From positions 54,487 through 118,486 of the forward strand of contig CAVONQ010000008.1 in NCBI GenBank assembly GCA_963697335.1: DNA of 64,000 nucleotides, in the 5' to 3' direction. Positions 11,136 to 21,037 of the stretch are shown one piece after another. A model generated the notes under the pieces. It had not been told where the DNA came from. It searched no databases and saw only the letters and a program-made list of their open reading frames with translations. How positions within the stretch are numbered: position 1 is the stretch's first letter; the number at the start of each line of letters is the position of its first letter. This stretch comes from an uncultured cyanobacterium. GTDB taxonomy: Bacteria; Cyanobacteriota; Cyanobacteriia; PCC-6307; Cyanobiaceae. The translations under genes and the position numbers were made by a program.

Positions 11136-12040
11136 ACCTTCGCCAGCGTCCCTACATGCTCGCCGGCGTTGCGGCCTCTGGTGTGCTCCTCCTCGCCGGC
11201 ATCGGCTGGCTTGCTGCCACCCTGGGCGGAGCCTCGGCGGGGGATCCCAGCCAGGCCACCCTGATGGAGCTGCTGGAGGAGGTGCGCACGCCCCCCATGG
11301 CCCCCCGGCCGGGCCGCCGCAATGCCCCGTCCCCTCCCGTTCCCAGCGATTGGACGTCGCCCCTGGCCGGGGGCACCTGCGCTGGCTCTGGTTCGGCGGA
11401 TTCACCGCGGTTGCGGGCCCAGCTCGATCGCCTGCGCACGGCACCGCTGCGGCTCAGGATCGACCCCAGCAACTACGGCACCCGCTTCAACCGCGATGCC
11501 TTCGGCAACCCCCTCGACACCACGCCGCGGGTGGTGATCCTGCACGAAACCGTCTTCGGCATCAGCTCGGCCATCAACACCTTCCTCACGCCCCATCCCC
11601 GCGATGAAGACCAGGTGAGCTACCACGCCGTGATCGGCCTGGATGGCAAGACGGTGCTGCTGCTCGACCCCAGCTCCCGGGCCTTCGGAGCGGGTAACTC
11701 CGCTTTCCGGGGTCAGTGGGTGGTGACCAATCCCGACTTCAGCGGTTCGGTGAACAACTTCGCCCTGCACGTGAGCCTGGAGACGCCCCTGGATGGTGAG
11801 GACACGGGTCCCAGCCACAGCGGCTACACCCCGGCCCAGTACGACGCCCTGGCGGTGCTGCTGGCCGACTGGATGGAGCGCTTCCCCATTCCCCCCGACC
11901 ACATCACCACCCACCAGGCGGTGGACCTGGGCGGCGAGCGCATGGATCCCAGAAGCTTTGACTGGCAGGCCCTGAAGACACGGTTGTCGGCCCTGAAGGC
12001 CTTCTGCGACAGCCCCGGCACCACCACAGCCCGCAACTGA
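11132..12040 (+). CDS. N-acetylmuramoyl-L-alanine amidase (Amidase_2), membrane-anchored
   Basis: N-terminal TM segment; VILHETV, SYHAVI, TTHQAVD..RMDP. Confidence 0.8.
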   Translation: MNLRQRPYMLAGVAASGVLLLAGIGWLAATLGGASAGDPSQATLMELLEEVRTPPMAPRPGRRNAPSPPVPSDWTSPLAGGTCAGSGSADSPRLRAQLDRLRTAPLRLRIDPSNYGTRFNRDAFGNPLDTTPRVVILHETVFGISSAINTFLTPHPRDEDQVSYHAVIGLDGKTVLLLDPSSRAFGAGNSAFRGQWVVTNPDFSGSVNNFALHVSLETPLDGEDTGPSHSGYTPAQYDALAVLLADWMERFPIPPDHITTHQAVDLGGERMDPRSFDWQALKTRLSALKAFCDSPGTTTARN

Positions 12041-12058
12041 GCAGGACCGCCGCTGAAG

Positions 12059-12874
12059 TCAGATCAGAGGCGAGAGGTCAGGCCGGCGCTGGCCGTAGAG
12101 GAGGGCGTGCAGTTCCGGATCCTGCATCGAGCGCAGGATGCGGCGGTGATAGTCGAGCTTGCCGTTGTGCAGGTAGGCCAGGGTGGCCAGGGCCTTGGCC
12201 TCGCGAGGACCGGCGCTGGCCTGGAGCACCCGGCCGGAGGGGAAGTCGAGATCGCGGCTGAGACGGGCGAACTTGCCCACCAGCAGGCGCACGTTCTGCT
12301 CAGGATCAAGCAGTTGGCTGCGGGCCTCCATCACCTCCTCGTCGGTGGCCTGGGCTTCCAGGAGCCCCTGATGCACCATTTCGCCCAGGCCCAGCTGGGC
12401 CGGTCCATGGGTGCTGAACAGGCCGGAATGGGCCGCCAGGGGCAGGTCTTCCCCTGGCTTGGCATGGCGCATCTCATCGAACAGCACGGCGGTCACCAGC
12501 ATCGGGTTGATGTGGTGGCGCGCCGATTCGCTCAGGATCACCGGCCGCAGTTCCTCCAGCCGCCCCAGGGCATGGCTGCGCAGGGGCTGGAACTGATCGA
12601 TGCCCTCGGTGAACAGCTGGGCCAGGCGGGGCTGGGGCCCATGCACGCCGAAACGCCGCTGCAGCTCCTGCAGCTCACTGGCGGAGAACTGCAGCGGATC
12701 GGCCTGGGCGCCGCCATCGGGGTAATTGATGCTGCCACTCAGCCCCGGGTCGATCAGCAGAGGGGACTCAGGCACCCAGCGGCCTGCAGGAGCGAGCAGC
12801 GCCACCGCCAGGGCAGTCAGCACCCCGAAGCGTCGCCTCAGGCGCTGCCTTGGTGGCATCGCCAGAGCGATCAC
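12059..12874 (-). CDS. Conserved picocyanobacterial exported protein, possible lysozyme/SLT-like fold
   Basis: N-terminal hydrophobic segment; INPMLVTAVLFDE, GPAQL, LLDPEQNV, AYLHNG. Confidence 0.6.
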   Translation of the reverse strand: MIALAMPPRQRLRRRFGVLTALAVALLAPAGRWVPESPLLIDPGLSGSINYPDGGAQADPLQFSASELQELQRRFGVHGPQPRLAQLFTEGIDQFQPLRSHALGRLEELRPVILSESARHHINPMLVTAVLFDEMRHAKPGEDLPLAAHSGLFSTHGPAQLGLGEMVHQGLLEAQATDEEVMEARSQLLDPEQNVRLLVGKFARLSRDLDFPSGRVLQASAGPREAKALATLAYLHNGKLDYHRRILRSMQDPELHALLYGQRRPDLSPLI

Positions 12875-13118
12875 AGCCGGTCGCCGTTCGGCCAGGTCTC
12901 CGCCGCCGCTACGCCCAGGTTCTGGACCTGGGCTGCACCAGCCCGGCTGGCAGGCTGGGATCGAGGCTTGAAACCGGAGCGCACAGGCAGCACATCAAAC
13001 ACGAAGATCATATTAAGAAGCCTGTCCAGCCTTTGATCTGTGCGTCGAACGGTCCCGTGGCCGGCACCTGACGCGGGGAGGCGTCGGGATCAGACCTAGT
13101 TTCTGGGCGTCAGACCCG

Positions 13119-14777
13119 GTGCCCCAGGGCGCAACCCCAGCCGACTCCATGCCTGCCGACTTCGATGGTTCCAGCCCCGCCACCCAGTGGAGCCGTTTCT
13201 GTGACCTGCTCTGGTACCACGATGGCCTGGGTGTCTGGCTCGATGTGAGCCGGATGGCCCTCAACCAGGCCGACCTCAGCCGTCTGGAGCCCGGTTTCGC
13301 CTCGGCCTTCACCGCGATGGCGGCCTTGGAGCAGGGTGCGATCGCCAACCCCGACGAGCAGCGGATGGTGGGGCACTACTGGCTGCGGGCCCCCGGGCTG
13401 GCCCCGGATGCGGCCACCGCCGACCACATTGCCGCGGAGATCGACCAGATTGAGTCCTTCGCCACGAAGGTGCTCTCCGGTGCCCTGCGGGCCCCTGGGG
13501 CGGTGCCCTTCAGCGACGTGCTCTGGATCGGCATCGGCGGCTCCGGCCTGGGCCCCCTGCTGATCATCGAGGCCCTGCAGCAGGAGGGCTGCGGCTTGCC
13601 CTTCCACTTCATCGACAACGTCGATCCCCAGGGCATCAGCCGCATCCTGGCCCGGCTCGGGGAGCGCCTGCGCACCACCCTGGTGATCGTGGTGAGCAAG
13701 TCCGGCGGCACGCCGGAGCCCCGCATCGCCATGGAGCAGGTGCGTGAGCGGCTGGGCAGCCTCGGCGGCCACTGGGCCCAGCAGGCCGTGGCGGTGACGA
13801 TGGTGGGCAGCCGTCTGGACCGCCTCGCCAGCCAGGAGCAGTGGCTGGCCCGCTTCGACATGTTCGATTGGGTGGGCGGTCGCACCAGCATCACCAGCGC
13901 CGTGGGGCTGCTGCCCGCCGCCCTGGTGGGCGCGGATCTGCGCGCTTTTCTCGATGGCGCCGCCCAGATGGACGAGGCCACTCGTTGCCCCACCGTGGCG
14001 GCCAACCCCGCCGCCCTGATGGCCGCCGCCTGGCACGTGGCCGGCCATGGTCGCGGCGAGCGGGACATGGTGCTGCTGCCCTACCGCGACCGCCTGGCCG
14101 TGTTCAGCCGCTACCTGCAGCAGCTGGTGATGGAGAGCCTCGGCAAGCGCCTCGACCGCGATGGCCAGGTGGTGAACCAGGGCATCGCCGTGTACGGCAA
14201 CAAGGGCTCCACCGACCAGCACGCCTATGTGCAGCAGCTGCGCGATGGCGTGGACAACTTCTTCGTGACCTTCATCGAGGCCCTCGATGATCCCAGCGAC
14301 CTTCCCGCCCTCCAAGGCGAGTGGCCCGGGGATGTGCTGGAGGGGTTCCTGCAGGGCACCCGCACTGCCCTGATGGAGAGCGGCCGCCAGAGCCTCTCGA
14401 TCAGCCTGCGCCGCTTCGACGCCCGCAGCCTGGGCGTGCTGGTGGCCCTGTTCGAGCGCGCCGTGGGCTTCTATGCCGAGCTGGTGAACATCAACGCCTA
14501 CGACCAGCCCGGCGTGGAGGCAGGCAAGCTGGCTGCCGCCTCGATCCTGGAGCTGCAGGGCCGCCTGCATCAACTGCTTGCCGATGGCCAGCCCCGCAGC
14601 CTGGAACAGATGCGCCAGGCCCTGGAGGTGCCCTCAGCCGAGCCCCTGTTCTGGATCCTGCGCCACCTCTGCGCCAACCAGCCCGGCTACATCGTGGAGG
14701 GCGACTGGGGCAGCCCCGAGAGCCTGGTGGTGGCCAAGACCGCGAGTGCTGGGGTTGTGGCCCGGGCTTCGGCCTGA
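13119..14777 (+). CDS. pgi: Glucose-6-phosphate isomerase
   Basis: IGIGGSGLG, SKSGGTPE, DWVGGRTS, QQLVMES, NAYDQPGVEAGK. Confidence 0.95.
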   Translation: MPQGATPADSMPADFDGSSPATQWSRFCDLLWYHDGLGVWLDVSRMALNQADLSRLEPGFASAFTAMAALEQGAIANPDEQRMVGHYWLRAPGLAPDAATADHIAAEIDQIESFATKVLSGALRAPGAVPFSDVLWIGIGGSGLGPLLIIEALQQEGCGLPFHFIDNVDPQGISRILARLGERLRTTLVIVVSKSGGTPEPRIAMEQVRERLGSLGGHWAQQAVAVTMVGSRLDRLASQEQWLARFDMFDWVGGRTSITSAVGLLPAALVGADLRAFLDGAAQMDEATRCPTVAANPAALMAAAWHVAGHGRGERDMVLLPYRDRLAVFSRYLQQLVMESLGKRLDRDGQVVNQGIAVYGNKGSTDQHAYVQQLRDGVDNFFVTFIEALDDPSDLPALQGEWPGDVLEGFLQGTRTALMESGRQSLSISLRRFDARSLGVLVALFERAVGFYAELVNINAYDQPGVEAGKLAAASILELQGRLHQLLADGQPRSLEQMRQALEVPSAEPLFWILRHLCANQPGYIVEGDWGSPESLVVAKTASAGVVARASA

Positions 14778-14795
14778 TCGGCCTGATCAGGCTGA

Positions 14796-15626
14796 TCAGC
14801 TGGAGGCGCTGGTGTAGTGGCGCAGGGCGTAGCGCCAGAACCAGCGGCTAGCCACGAAGGTGGCCAGCGCCATCGCCAGCCCACCGACCGCCCAAAGCGG
14901 TTCACCCCGCCCCAGCACGGCCTCGGCCGGCACCGTGGTGAGGAAGGCCACAGGCAGCACAAAGGTGAACACCAGCCGCAGGGCCTGGGGGTAGGCACTC
15001 ACCGGATAGCGGCCGGCCACCAGGGTGTAGCGCAGCACCTCGGTGGCGTTCCACACCTTCACAAACCAGATGCTGAGGGCCGCCAGCACGAACCAGAGGC
15101 TGTAGAGGATCACGGCGCTGGCCGCCAGCAGGGAGGCACTGAGCAGGAGCCCCAGGGGATTCCAGCTGGCGCCGGCCCGGGCGGCGGCCCAGCCGCACAG
15201 CCCGAAGCCGGCCAGGATCCCCGGCAGCCCCCAGGGCGAGATCATGCGGGTGGAGAGCCAGAACTGGCTGTCCAGGGGCTTCAGCAGCACGAAATCGAGG
15301 CTGCCGTTCTGCACGTGCCCCACGATCCGGCTCAGGTTGGGCTGCAGCAGGCTGGTGGTGAAGCCATCGAGCACGGTGTAGAGGCCCAGCACCACCAGAG
15401 CTTCATCCCAGCTCCAACCCCCCAGGTTGGCGCTGCTCTGCCGCTCCGGCCCTCCGAACAGCAGCCCCAGCACGAACACACTGCCCGCCAGGTTGCCCAG
15501 CACCGAGAGGGCCTCGATCCAGAAGTTGGCCGGGTATTCGAGTTCGGCGCTCAGCGACGTGGCCCAGAAGCTGCCCAGGCTGCGCCAGTAGCGCCCGAGC
15601 CTGGAGGGGAGGTCTGGTGTCGGCAT
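14796..15626 (-). CDS. ABC-2 type (DUF990) permease
   Basis: Hydrophobic; GSLDFVLLKPLDSQF; ends YTSASS. Start ATG overlaps the upstream stop. Confidence 0.88.
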   Translation of the reverse strand: MPTPDLPSRLGRYWRSLGSFWATSLSAELEYPANFWIEALSVLGNLAGSVFVLGLLFGGPERQSSANLGGWSWDEALVVLGLYTVLDGFTTSLLQPNLSRIVGHVQNGSLDFVLLKPLDSQFWLSTRMISPWGLPGILAGFGLCGWAAARAGASWNPLGLLLSASLLAASAVILYSLWFVLAALSIWFVKVWNATEVLRYTLVAGRYPVSAYPQALRLVFTFVLPVAFLTTVPAEAVLGRGEPLWAVGGLAMALATFVASRWFWRYALRHYTSASS

Positions 15627-16432
15627 CAGGCCCCCATGGAGGAGTAGCGCCGCAGTCCCCGGCGCCAGAGCCAGGCGGCGATGGGCAGCAACAGGGCGCA
15701 CCAGGCGGCGATGGTGGCGAAGCCCAGCGGCGCCGACACCGGCAACCCCGCCAGCAGCCGGGCCGGGAAGTCGACCATCCAGGGGAAGGGGGTGGCGAGC
15801 GCCAGCCGACGCATGCCCGGAGGGAAGCTGTCGAGGGGGGCCACCAGGCCGGAGAGGAACAGGTAGGGGATCAACAGCAGCCGATCCAGGGCGGCGGCGC
15901 GCTCGGTCCAGAAGCAGGCCATCGCCACCACGGTCTGCAGCAGGAAGCGCAGCAGAAAGGCGGCCCCGATCGCCAGCAGGCCAAGCAGCAGCTGCGGGAT
16001 CGGGGGCAGCCACAGCCCACCAGGCAGCAGCAGGGCCAGGGGCAGCAGCATCAGGGCCACGAACGGCACCCGGGTGCCCTGCTCAGCCACGTGGGCGGCC
16101 AGATAGCGCCACAGGGGCAGCAGGGGTTGCAGCAGCAGGGGGGAGAGCTTGCCCTGCAGGGTGTCCTCCTCGAACACGTGGATCAGCCACACCACGCTGA
16201 ACTGGCGCACCAGAAAGGCGGCCAGGAAATAGCGGCGCAGCTGGATGGGATCCAGCCCCGAGGCGCCACTGGCCTCGGCGCCGCTCCACACCCCCAGCAT
16301 GATCAGGGGCAACACGCCCGAGAGGGCCCAGAGGGCGATTTCGGCCCGATACTCGAGCATGTAGGCGTACTGGGTGACCAGCAGGGTCCAGGCGATGCGC
16401 CAGGCCCGCCGCGGGCGCCATGGGCCGCTCAT
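15626..16432 (-). CDS. ABC-2 type (DUF990) permease
   Basis: MLEYRAEI, GKLSPLLLQP, LSGLVAPL; ends YSSMGA. Confidence 0.88.
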   Translation of the reverse strand: MSGPWRPRRAWRIAWTLLVTQYAYMLEYRAEIALWALSGVLPLIMLGVWSGAEASGASGLDPIQLRRYFLAAFLVRQFSVVWLIHVFEEDTLQGKLSPLLLQPLLPLWRYLAAHVAEQGTRVPFVALMLLPLALLLPGGLWLPPIPQLLLGLLAIGAAFLLRFLLQTVVAMACFWTERAAALDRLLLIPYLFLSGLVAPLDSFPPGMRRLALATPFPWMVDFPARLLAGLPVSAPLGFATIAAWCALLLPIAAWLWRRGLRRYSSMGA

Positions 16433-17412
16433 CGGCCGGCCTCGCGGCGGAACAACCCGCCGATCAGCTCGTCGATCGGCGGGTCGCCCACCTCCAGATC
16501 GCTCACCTCGAAGCGGCTGAGCAGGGCGGCCACCCGCTCGGTGAGCTGCTGGCGCGGAATGCGCAGCCGCACGTGGTGGCCCTGGTGTTCATCCACCAGG
16601 CCGTAGGCCTCGAAGCAGCCGGCCGGCTGCAGCTCCTGCAACTCCAGACGGACCTGCCGATGGGGGGCCAGCTCCTGGGTGAGCCGCTCCAGGGAGCCGT
16701 CATGGAACAGCCGGCCCTGGTGGATCAGCAGCACCCGGGGACACAGCGCCGTGATGTCACCCATGTCGTGGCTGGTGAGCAGCACGGTGGCGCCGGTACG
16801 GCGGTTGTAGTCGGCGAGAAACTCCCGCACCCGGGCCTGGGCGTTCACGTCGAGGCCGAGGGTGGGCTCATCGAGGAAGAGCACGGCCGGCCGGTGCAGC
16901 AGCGCGGCCAGCAGCTCGGCCTTCATGCGCTGCCCCAGGGAGAGCTTTCGGACCGGCCGGCGCAGTTCGCTGCCCAGCTCCAGCATCTCGGAGAGCTCGG
17001 CGATGCGCTGCTGGGCGGTGCTGTCGTCGATGCCGTAGACGGCCGCATTGACCCGGAAGCTGTCGAGGGCCGGCAGATCCCAGATCAGCTGCTGGCGGTT
17101 GCCCATCACCAGGGTGATCTGCTGCAGGAAGCGCTCCTGGCGCTGGAAGGGCACACAGCCCGCCACCTGCACGGAGCCGCCGCTGGGGTGGATCAGGCCG
17201 GTGAGCATTTTCAGGGTGGTGGTCTTACCGGCGCCGTTCGGCCCCAGGAAGCCCACCATCTCGCCGGGCTCGATCTGGAAGCTCACCCCCTGCACGGCCG
17301 GCACATCCCGGTGGCGCCGCCGCACCAGGTGCTCCAGGGTGCCGCGCAGGCCCGGGCGCTTCTCGGCCACCCGGTAGTGCTTCCTCAACTGGCGCACGTC
17401 GATGATCGGCAT
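16429..17412 (-). CDS. ABC transporter ATP-binding protein
   Basis: GPNGAGKTT, LSLGQRM, LFLDEPT, TSH. Confidence 0.93.
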   Translation of the reverse strand: MPIIDVRQLRKHYRVAEKRPGLRGTLEHLVRRRHRDVPAVQGVSFQIEPGEMVGFLGPNGAGKTTTLKMLTGLIHPSGGSVQVAGCVPFQRQERFLQQITLVMGNRQQLIWDLPALDSFRVNAAVYGIDDSTAQQRIAELSEMLELGSELRRPVRKLSLGQRMKAELLAALLHRPAVLFLDEPTLGLDVNAQARVREFLADYNRRTGATVLLTSHDMGDITALCPRVLLIHQGRLFHDGSLERLTQELAPHRQVRLELQELQPAGCFEAYGLVDEHQGHHVRLRIPRQQLTERVAALLSRFEVSDLEVGDPPIDELIGGLFRREAGR

Positions 17413-17465
17413 CGCCGCGCCTCCGAACCAGTCGGCATTCTGGGGGCCCTGCCGTCCCGGTTGCC

Positions 17466-19061
17466 ATGGCCCCGATCAAGCCGCGCTGGTGGGTGAGGGG
17501 CGATCTCGACGGCCTGCTGGGCCTGGCACTGGACAACCTGATCCAGATCCTGCTGATCCTCTCCCTGTGCCGGGGGTTGCTGGGCTACCCCGATGCCCTG
17601 CTGTTCGGCACGGTGCTGCCCGCCACCGGCGTCAGTCTGGTGCTCGGCAACCTGGCCTACGCCCGGCAGGCCTACCGGCTCGACCGGCGGGATGGCACTG
17701 GCGAGCGCACCGCTCTGCCCTACGGCATCAACACGGTGAGCCTTTTCGCCTACGTATTCCTGGTGATGCTGCCGGTGAAACTGGCCGGCCTGGCGGCTGG
17801 CCTGGCGGAGGCCGAGGCGGTGACCCTCTCCTGGCAGGCGGGGATGATGGCCTGTCTCGGTTCGGGGCTGATCGAAACGGGGGGCTCCTTCGTGGCCCAC
17901 CTGCTGCGGCGCTGGTTGCCACGGGCGGCCCTGCTCTCCACCCTGGCCGGCATCGCCCTCGGCTACATCGCCCTGGGGTTCCTGCTGCGCACCTACGCCC
18001 AGCCGCTGGTGGGCCTGGCCGTGCTGGCGGTGATCCTGGTGGTGTACTTCGGCCGGGTGCGGCTGCCCCTGCCCGGTGGGCTGGTGGCCGTGCTGCTCGG
18101 CATGGCCCTGGCCTGGAGCAGTGGGCTGCTGCGCATCGACCCGCTCAGCTGGAGCCAGGCCACGGCCCAGCTGGGGCTGCGGCTGCCTGCCCTGCAGCTG
18201 GGGGGCCTATGGCAAGCCCGCGGTGAGTTGCTGCCCTGGCTGGGGGTGATCGTGCCGATGGGGCTGTTCAACGTGATCGGCTCCCTGCAGAACCTCGAGA
18301 GCGCTGAGGCCGCCGGTGATCGCTATCCCGTGCGCGAGTCGTTGCTGATCAACGGGATCGGCACGGTGGCGGCAGCCCTGTTCGGCTCCTGCTTCCCCAC
18401 CACCCTCTACATCGGCCATCCGGGCTGGAAGGCGATGGGCGCCCGACTCGGCTACTCCTGGGTGAATGGACTGTTGATGGCGGCCGCCTGTCTGCTGGGG
18501 GCCTTCGGAGTGATCGCCCTGGTGGTGCCGATCGAGGCGGGCATGGCGATCGTGCTCTACCTCGGCGTGGTGATGGCGGCCCAGGCCTTTGAGGCCACGC
18601 CGCGCCACCATGCCCCGGCGGTGGTGCTGGGCCTGCTGCCCGGCCTGGCTGGCTGGGGGGCGCTGATGCTCAAAGCCGGACTGAGGGTCGGCGGGGCGGG
18701 AACGGCAGCGGCGCCCTTCGCGCCGGCCTTGCTGGAGCCCCTGCAGCGGGCCGATGTGTGGGCCACGGGGGCCTTTGCCCTGGAGCAGGGCGTGATCATC
18801 ACGGCGATGCTGCTCTCGGCCCTGCTGGTGTACGTGATCGAGCAGCGCTTTCTGGCGGCTGCCCTCTGTGCCGCCGTGGCGACACTGGCGTCCTGGTTCG
18901 GGGTGATCCACGCCTGGCGCTTCGACCAGGCTGACACCGTGCTGCAGCTCGGCTGGGGGGTGGGGGCACCCTGGGCTTCCGGCTACGCGGCCATGGCCCT
19001 GGTCCTGCTGGGCACGGCATGGTGGCAGCGGCGGCAGACCGGGCAGATGCCGAACCCCTAG
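17466..19061 (+). CDS. Multi-TM permease (NCS2/xanthine-uracil-like)
   Basis: About 13 TM segments; GDLDG..GL..DNL, TALPYGINT, ESAEAAGD, FPTTLYIGHPGWK. Confidence 0.75.
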   Translation: MAPIKPRWWVRGDLDGLLGLALDNLIQILLILSLCRGLLGYPDALLFGTVLPATGVSLVLGNLAYARQAYRLDRRDGTGERTALPYGINTVSLFAYVFLVMLPVKLAGLAAGLAEAEAVTLSWQAGMMACLGSGLIETGGSFVAHLLRRWLPRAALLSTLAGIALGYIALGFLLRTYAQPLVGLAVLAVILVVYFGRVRLPLPGGLVAVLLGMALAWSSGLLRIDPLSWSQATAQLGLRLPALQLGGLWQARGELLPWLGVIVPMGLFNVIGSLQNLESAEAAGDRYPVRESLLINGIGTVAAALFGSCFPTTLYIGHPGWKAMGARLGYSWVNGLLMAAACLLGAFGVIALVVPIEAGMAIVLYLGVVMAAQAFEATPRHHAPAVVLGLLPGLAGWGALMLKAGLRVGGAGTAAAPFAPALLEPLQRADVWATGAFALEQGVIITAMLLSALLVYVIEQRFLAAALCAAVATLASWFGVIHAWRFDQADTVLQLGWGVGAPWASGYAAMALVLLGTAWWQRRQTGQMPNP

Positions 19062-20213
19062 CCCCCCAGCAGGCCGGCCATCGTCAGGCCAAGGTAGGTG
19101 CCCACCACATACCCCAGCAGGCCAATCGCCACACTCGGCAGGGCCAGATCGGGGCGGTGGAGGGCACCGGCGAGGGCCAGGGCGGTGCTGGGGCCACCCA
19201 CTGCCGCCTGGCACCCCACCAGGCTGTCGGCAAGCCCCCAGTGCCGCCAGCGGCCCACCAGCAGCACGACCAGCGCCTGCACCGCCACGATCAGGCTGGC
19301 CAGGGCGAACACCCACCGGCCCTCCCCCAGCAGACCCTGCACTGGCGAATTGAGGCCGATCACGGTGAAAAAGGGCTGAATCAAGAGCAGCCCGAGCGGA
19401 TAGCTGAGCTGCAGCCGGGACAGGGCCGGCAACTGGGCCGCCGCCAGGGCGATGCTGGTGAGCACCAGGATGCCGGGGGTGCCGGGCCACCAGTTCTGCA
19501 GCACGCCGGTGGCCGCCTCGCTGATCACCACGATCACCACCCCCCAGAGCAGGGCGACGCCGCCGGCGCGGCTCAGCAGGTCGCGGTGGCGGCCACTGGC
19601 GGGGGCCCAGGCTGCGGAGCTGGCGATCTGTTCAGGGCTGGCAGCAGGCGCTGGGCCGGCGGCTGCGACGCTCAGGGCCCCAGCTGTAACGGGCCTTTGA
19701 CGGCGTCCCAGGGCCAGGCTGATCAGAAACCAGAGGCTGAACACCACGTGGTCGGCGGCGGTGGCCACCAGCACCAGGCCCTCAGGGGGTTGGAGGGTGC
19801 GGGCCACCGACACGAAGTTGAGGCTGCCGCCGCTGAAGGTGGCCGTGAACAGGCCGCTGAGGGCCGGCAGGTCGGCACCGAGGCGCCCGCCCAGCAGCCA
19901 TGCCCCCAGGCCGGTGCCCAGCACGGCCGCCAACACCGACGTGGCGAAGGGCTGCAGCAGCCGCTGCGCCCCGGGCCACACCCGGCGCAGATCCACCGCC
20001 ATCAGCAACAGGGCGATGGCGAGGGAGGTGAGGGGCCCGCTCACTACGGCCTCGGCCGCTGCATCGGCACTTCCAGCCGAAGAGGTTGGTGGTGAGCAGG
20101 CCCAGAAACAGCACCAACAGGGTGGTGCCCAGCTGGCGGCCGATCGCGGTGGCCTCGGCCAGCCACCAGCCAGCCCCGGTGAGCAGGGCGATCAGCAACA
20201 ACGAGAGCAGCAT
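19058..20213 (-). pseudogene. DUF819 family membrane protein, one frameshift near 20068 (or sequencing error)
   Basis: The N-terminus MLLSLLLIALL..TNLFGWK continues in another frame as ADAAAEAVVSGPLTSLAIALLL. Motifs ATFSGGSLNF, QAAVGGPSTA, LLGYVVGTYLG. Confidence 0.75.
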
Positions 20214-20461
20214 GGCGACGGCCAGGAGCCGGTTTGTCTGGCCGGCTCCAGTGAAGGCCGAGCTGAAGCGGTGTGCAACGGCGCTTCAGCTCGGCCGTGC
20301 TGCCCAGAGGCTGGGATCACCAGCCGCTGGGGGTGCTCCGCGGGTGACAGCGGCCGGTAGCCACCGGAATGGGGGCCACCGCGCTGGCTGGCCTGGGCCA
20401 CGCCGCCGAAGGAGCCGGCGAGCACCACAGCCATGGCCAGGGATTGGAGGAGAGTCGTCAC
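20192..20461 (-). CDS. Small hypothetical secreted protein
   Basis: GTG start; signal-peptide-like AVVLAGSFGGVAQA. Fills the gap between cutA and DUF819. Confidence 0.45.
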   Translation of the reverse strand: MTTLLQSLAMAVVLAGSFGGVAQASQRGGPHSGGYRPLSPAEHPQRLVIPASGQHGRAEAPLHTASARPSLEPARQTGSWPSPCCSRCC

Positions 20462-20513
20462 GGCTTGTTCCGCAAAGGAGCCCAGGCTGCCCGTGGCGTG
20501 CCTGTATTGACCG

Positions 20514-20942
20514 CTACCGTTCAGCTATGGGATCGGATGGCCCGGGGCTCTCCGGCACCTGGTCCGGTTCCTGCTCCGGTTTCTGCGCTGGAGCCGGTGC
20601 CGCTGAGGGGTGGAGCTGCTCGATCAGCCAGCGCCGATAGGCGGGCTCAACATCCTGCAGCGTGGTGGTGGAGATCTCCGGGACCTCGTAGGGGTGTGCC
20701 TCCCGGATCAGCGCCATCAGGGCACGCTGCTGCCCCCTGGTGGTCTTGAAGCTGATGCGGATCTCCGGCTCCTCAACCAGTTCACCCTTCCAGAGATAAA
20801 GGCTTTCGATCGGCTGCAGCTGGGCGCAGGCCGCCAGCCTTCGTGTCACCACCTGGCGCGCCAGCTGCATGGCGTCGTCCTGGTTGGCCACGCTGGTGTG
20901 AACGCTGAGCAGCTGGTGCTCCTGGTCGATTGAGCCCATCAT
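20514..20942 (-). CDS. cutA: Divalent-cation tolerance protein CutA
   Basis: RLAACAQ..IESLYLWKGEL..EPE..FKT..HPYEVPEI. Confidence 0.9.
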   Translation of the reverse strand: MMGSIDQEHQLLSVHTSVANQDDAMQLARQVVTRRLAACAQLQPIESLYLWKGELVEEPEIRISFKTTRGQQRALMALIREAHPYEVPEISTTTLQDVEPAYRRWLIEQLHPSAAPAPAQKPEQEPDQVPESPGPSDPIAER

Positions 20943-21037
20943 CCCGAGGCCGTCAGCAGGTGGTGACGATCGTGCCCAATCCAACCAGCTCCTTAGCTTG
21001 TAGTTGACAAGCAGAGCAGGCCCTAGCCCCTTCGCCC

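Noticed and set aside
14770..14800. Three tandem CTGATC units between convergent pgi and permease; abutting TGA/TCA stops at 49449-49454
   Set aside because: Short, and explained by stop codons and frequent GATC-containing words.
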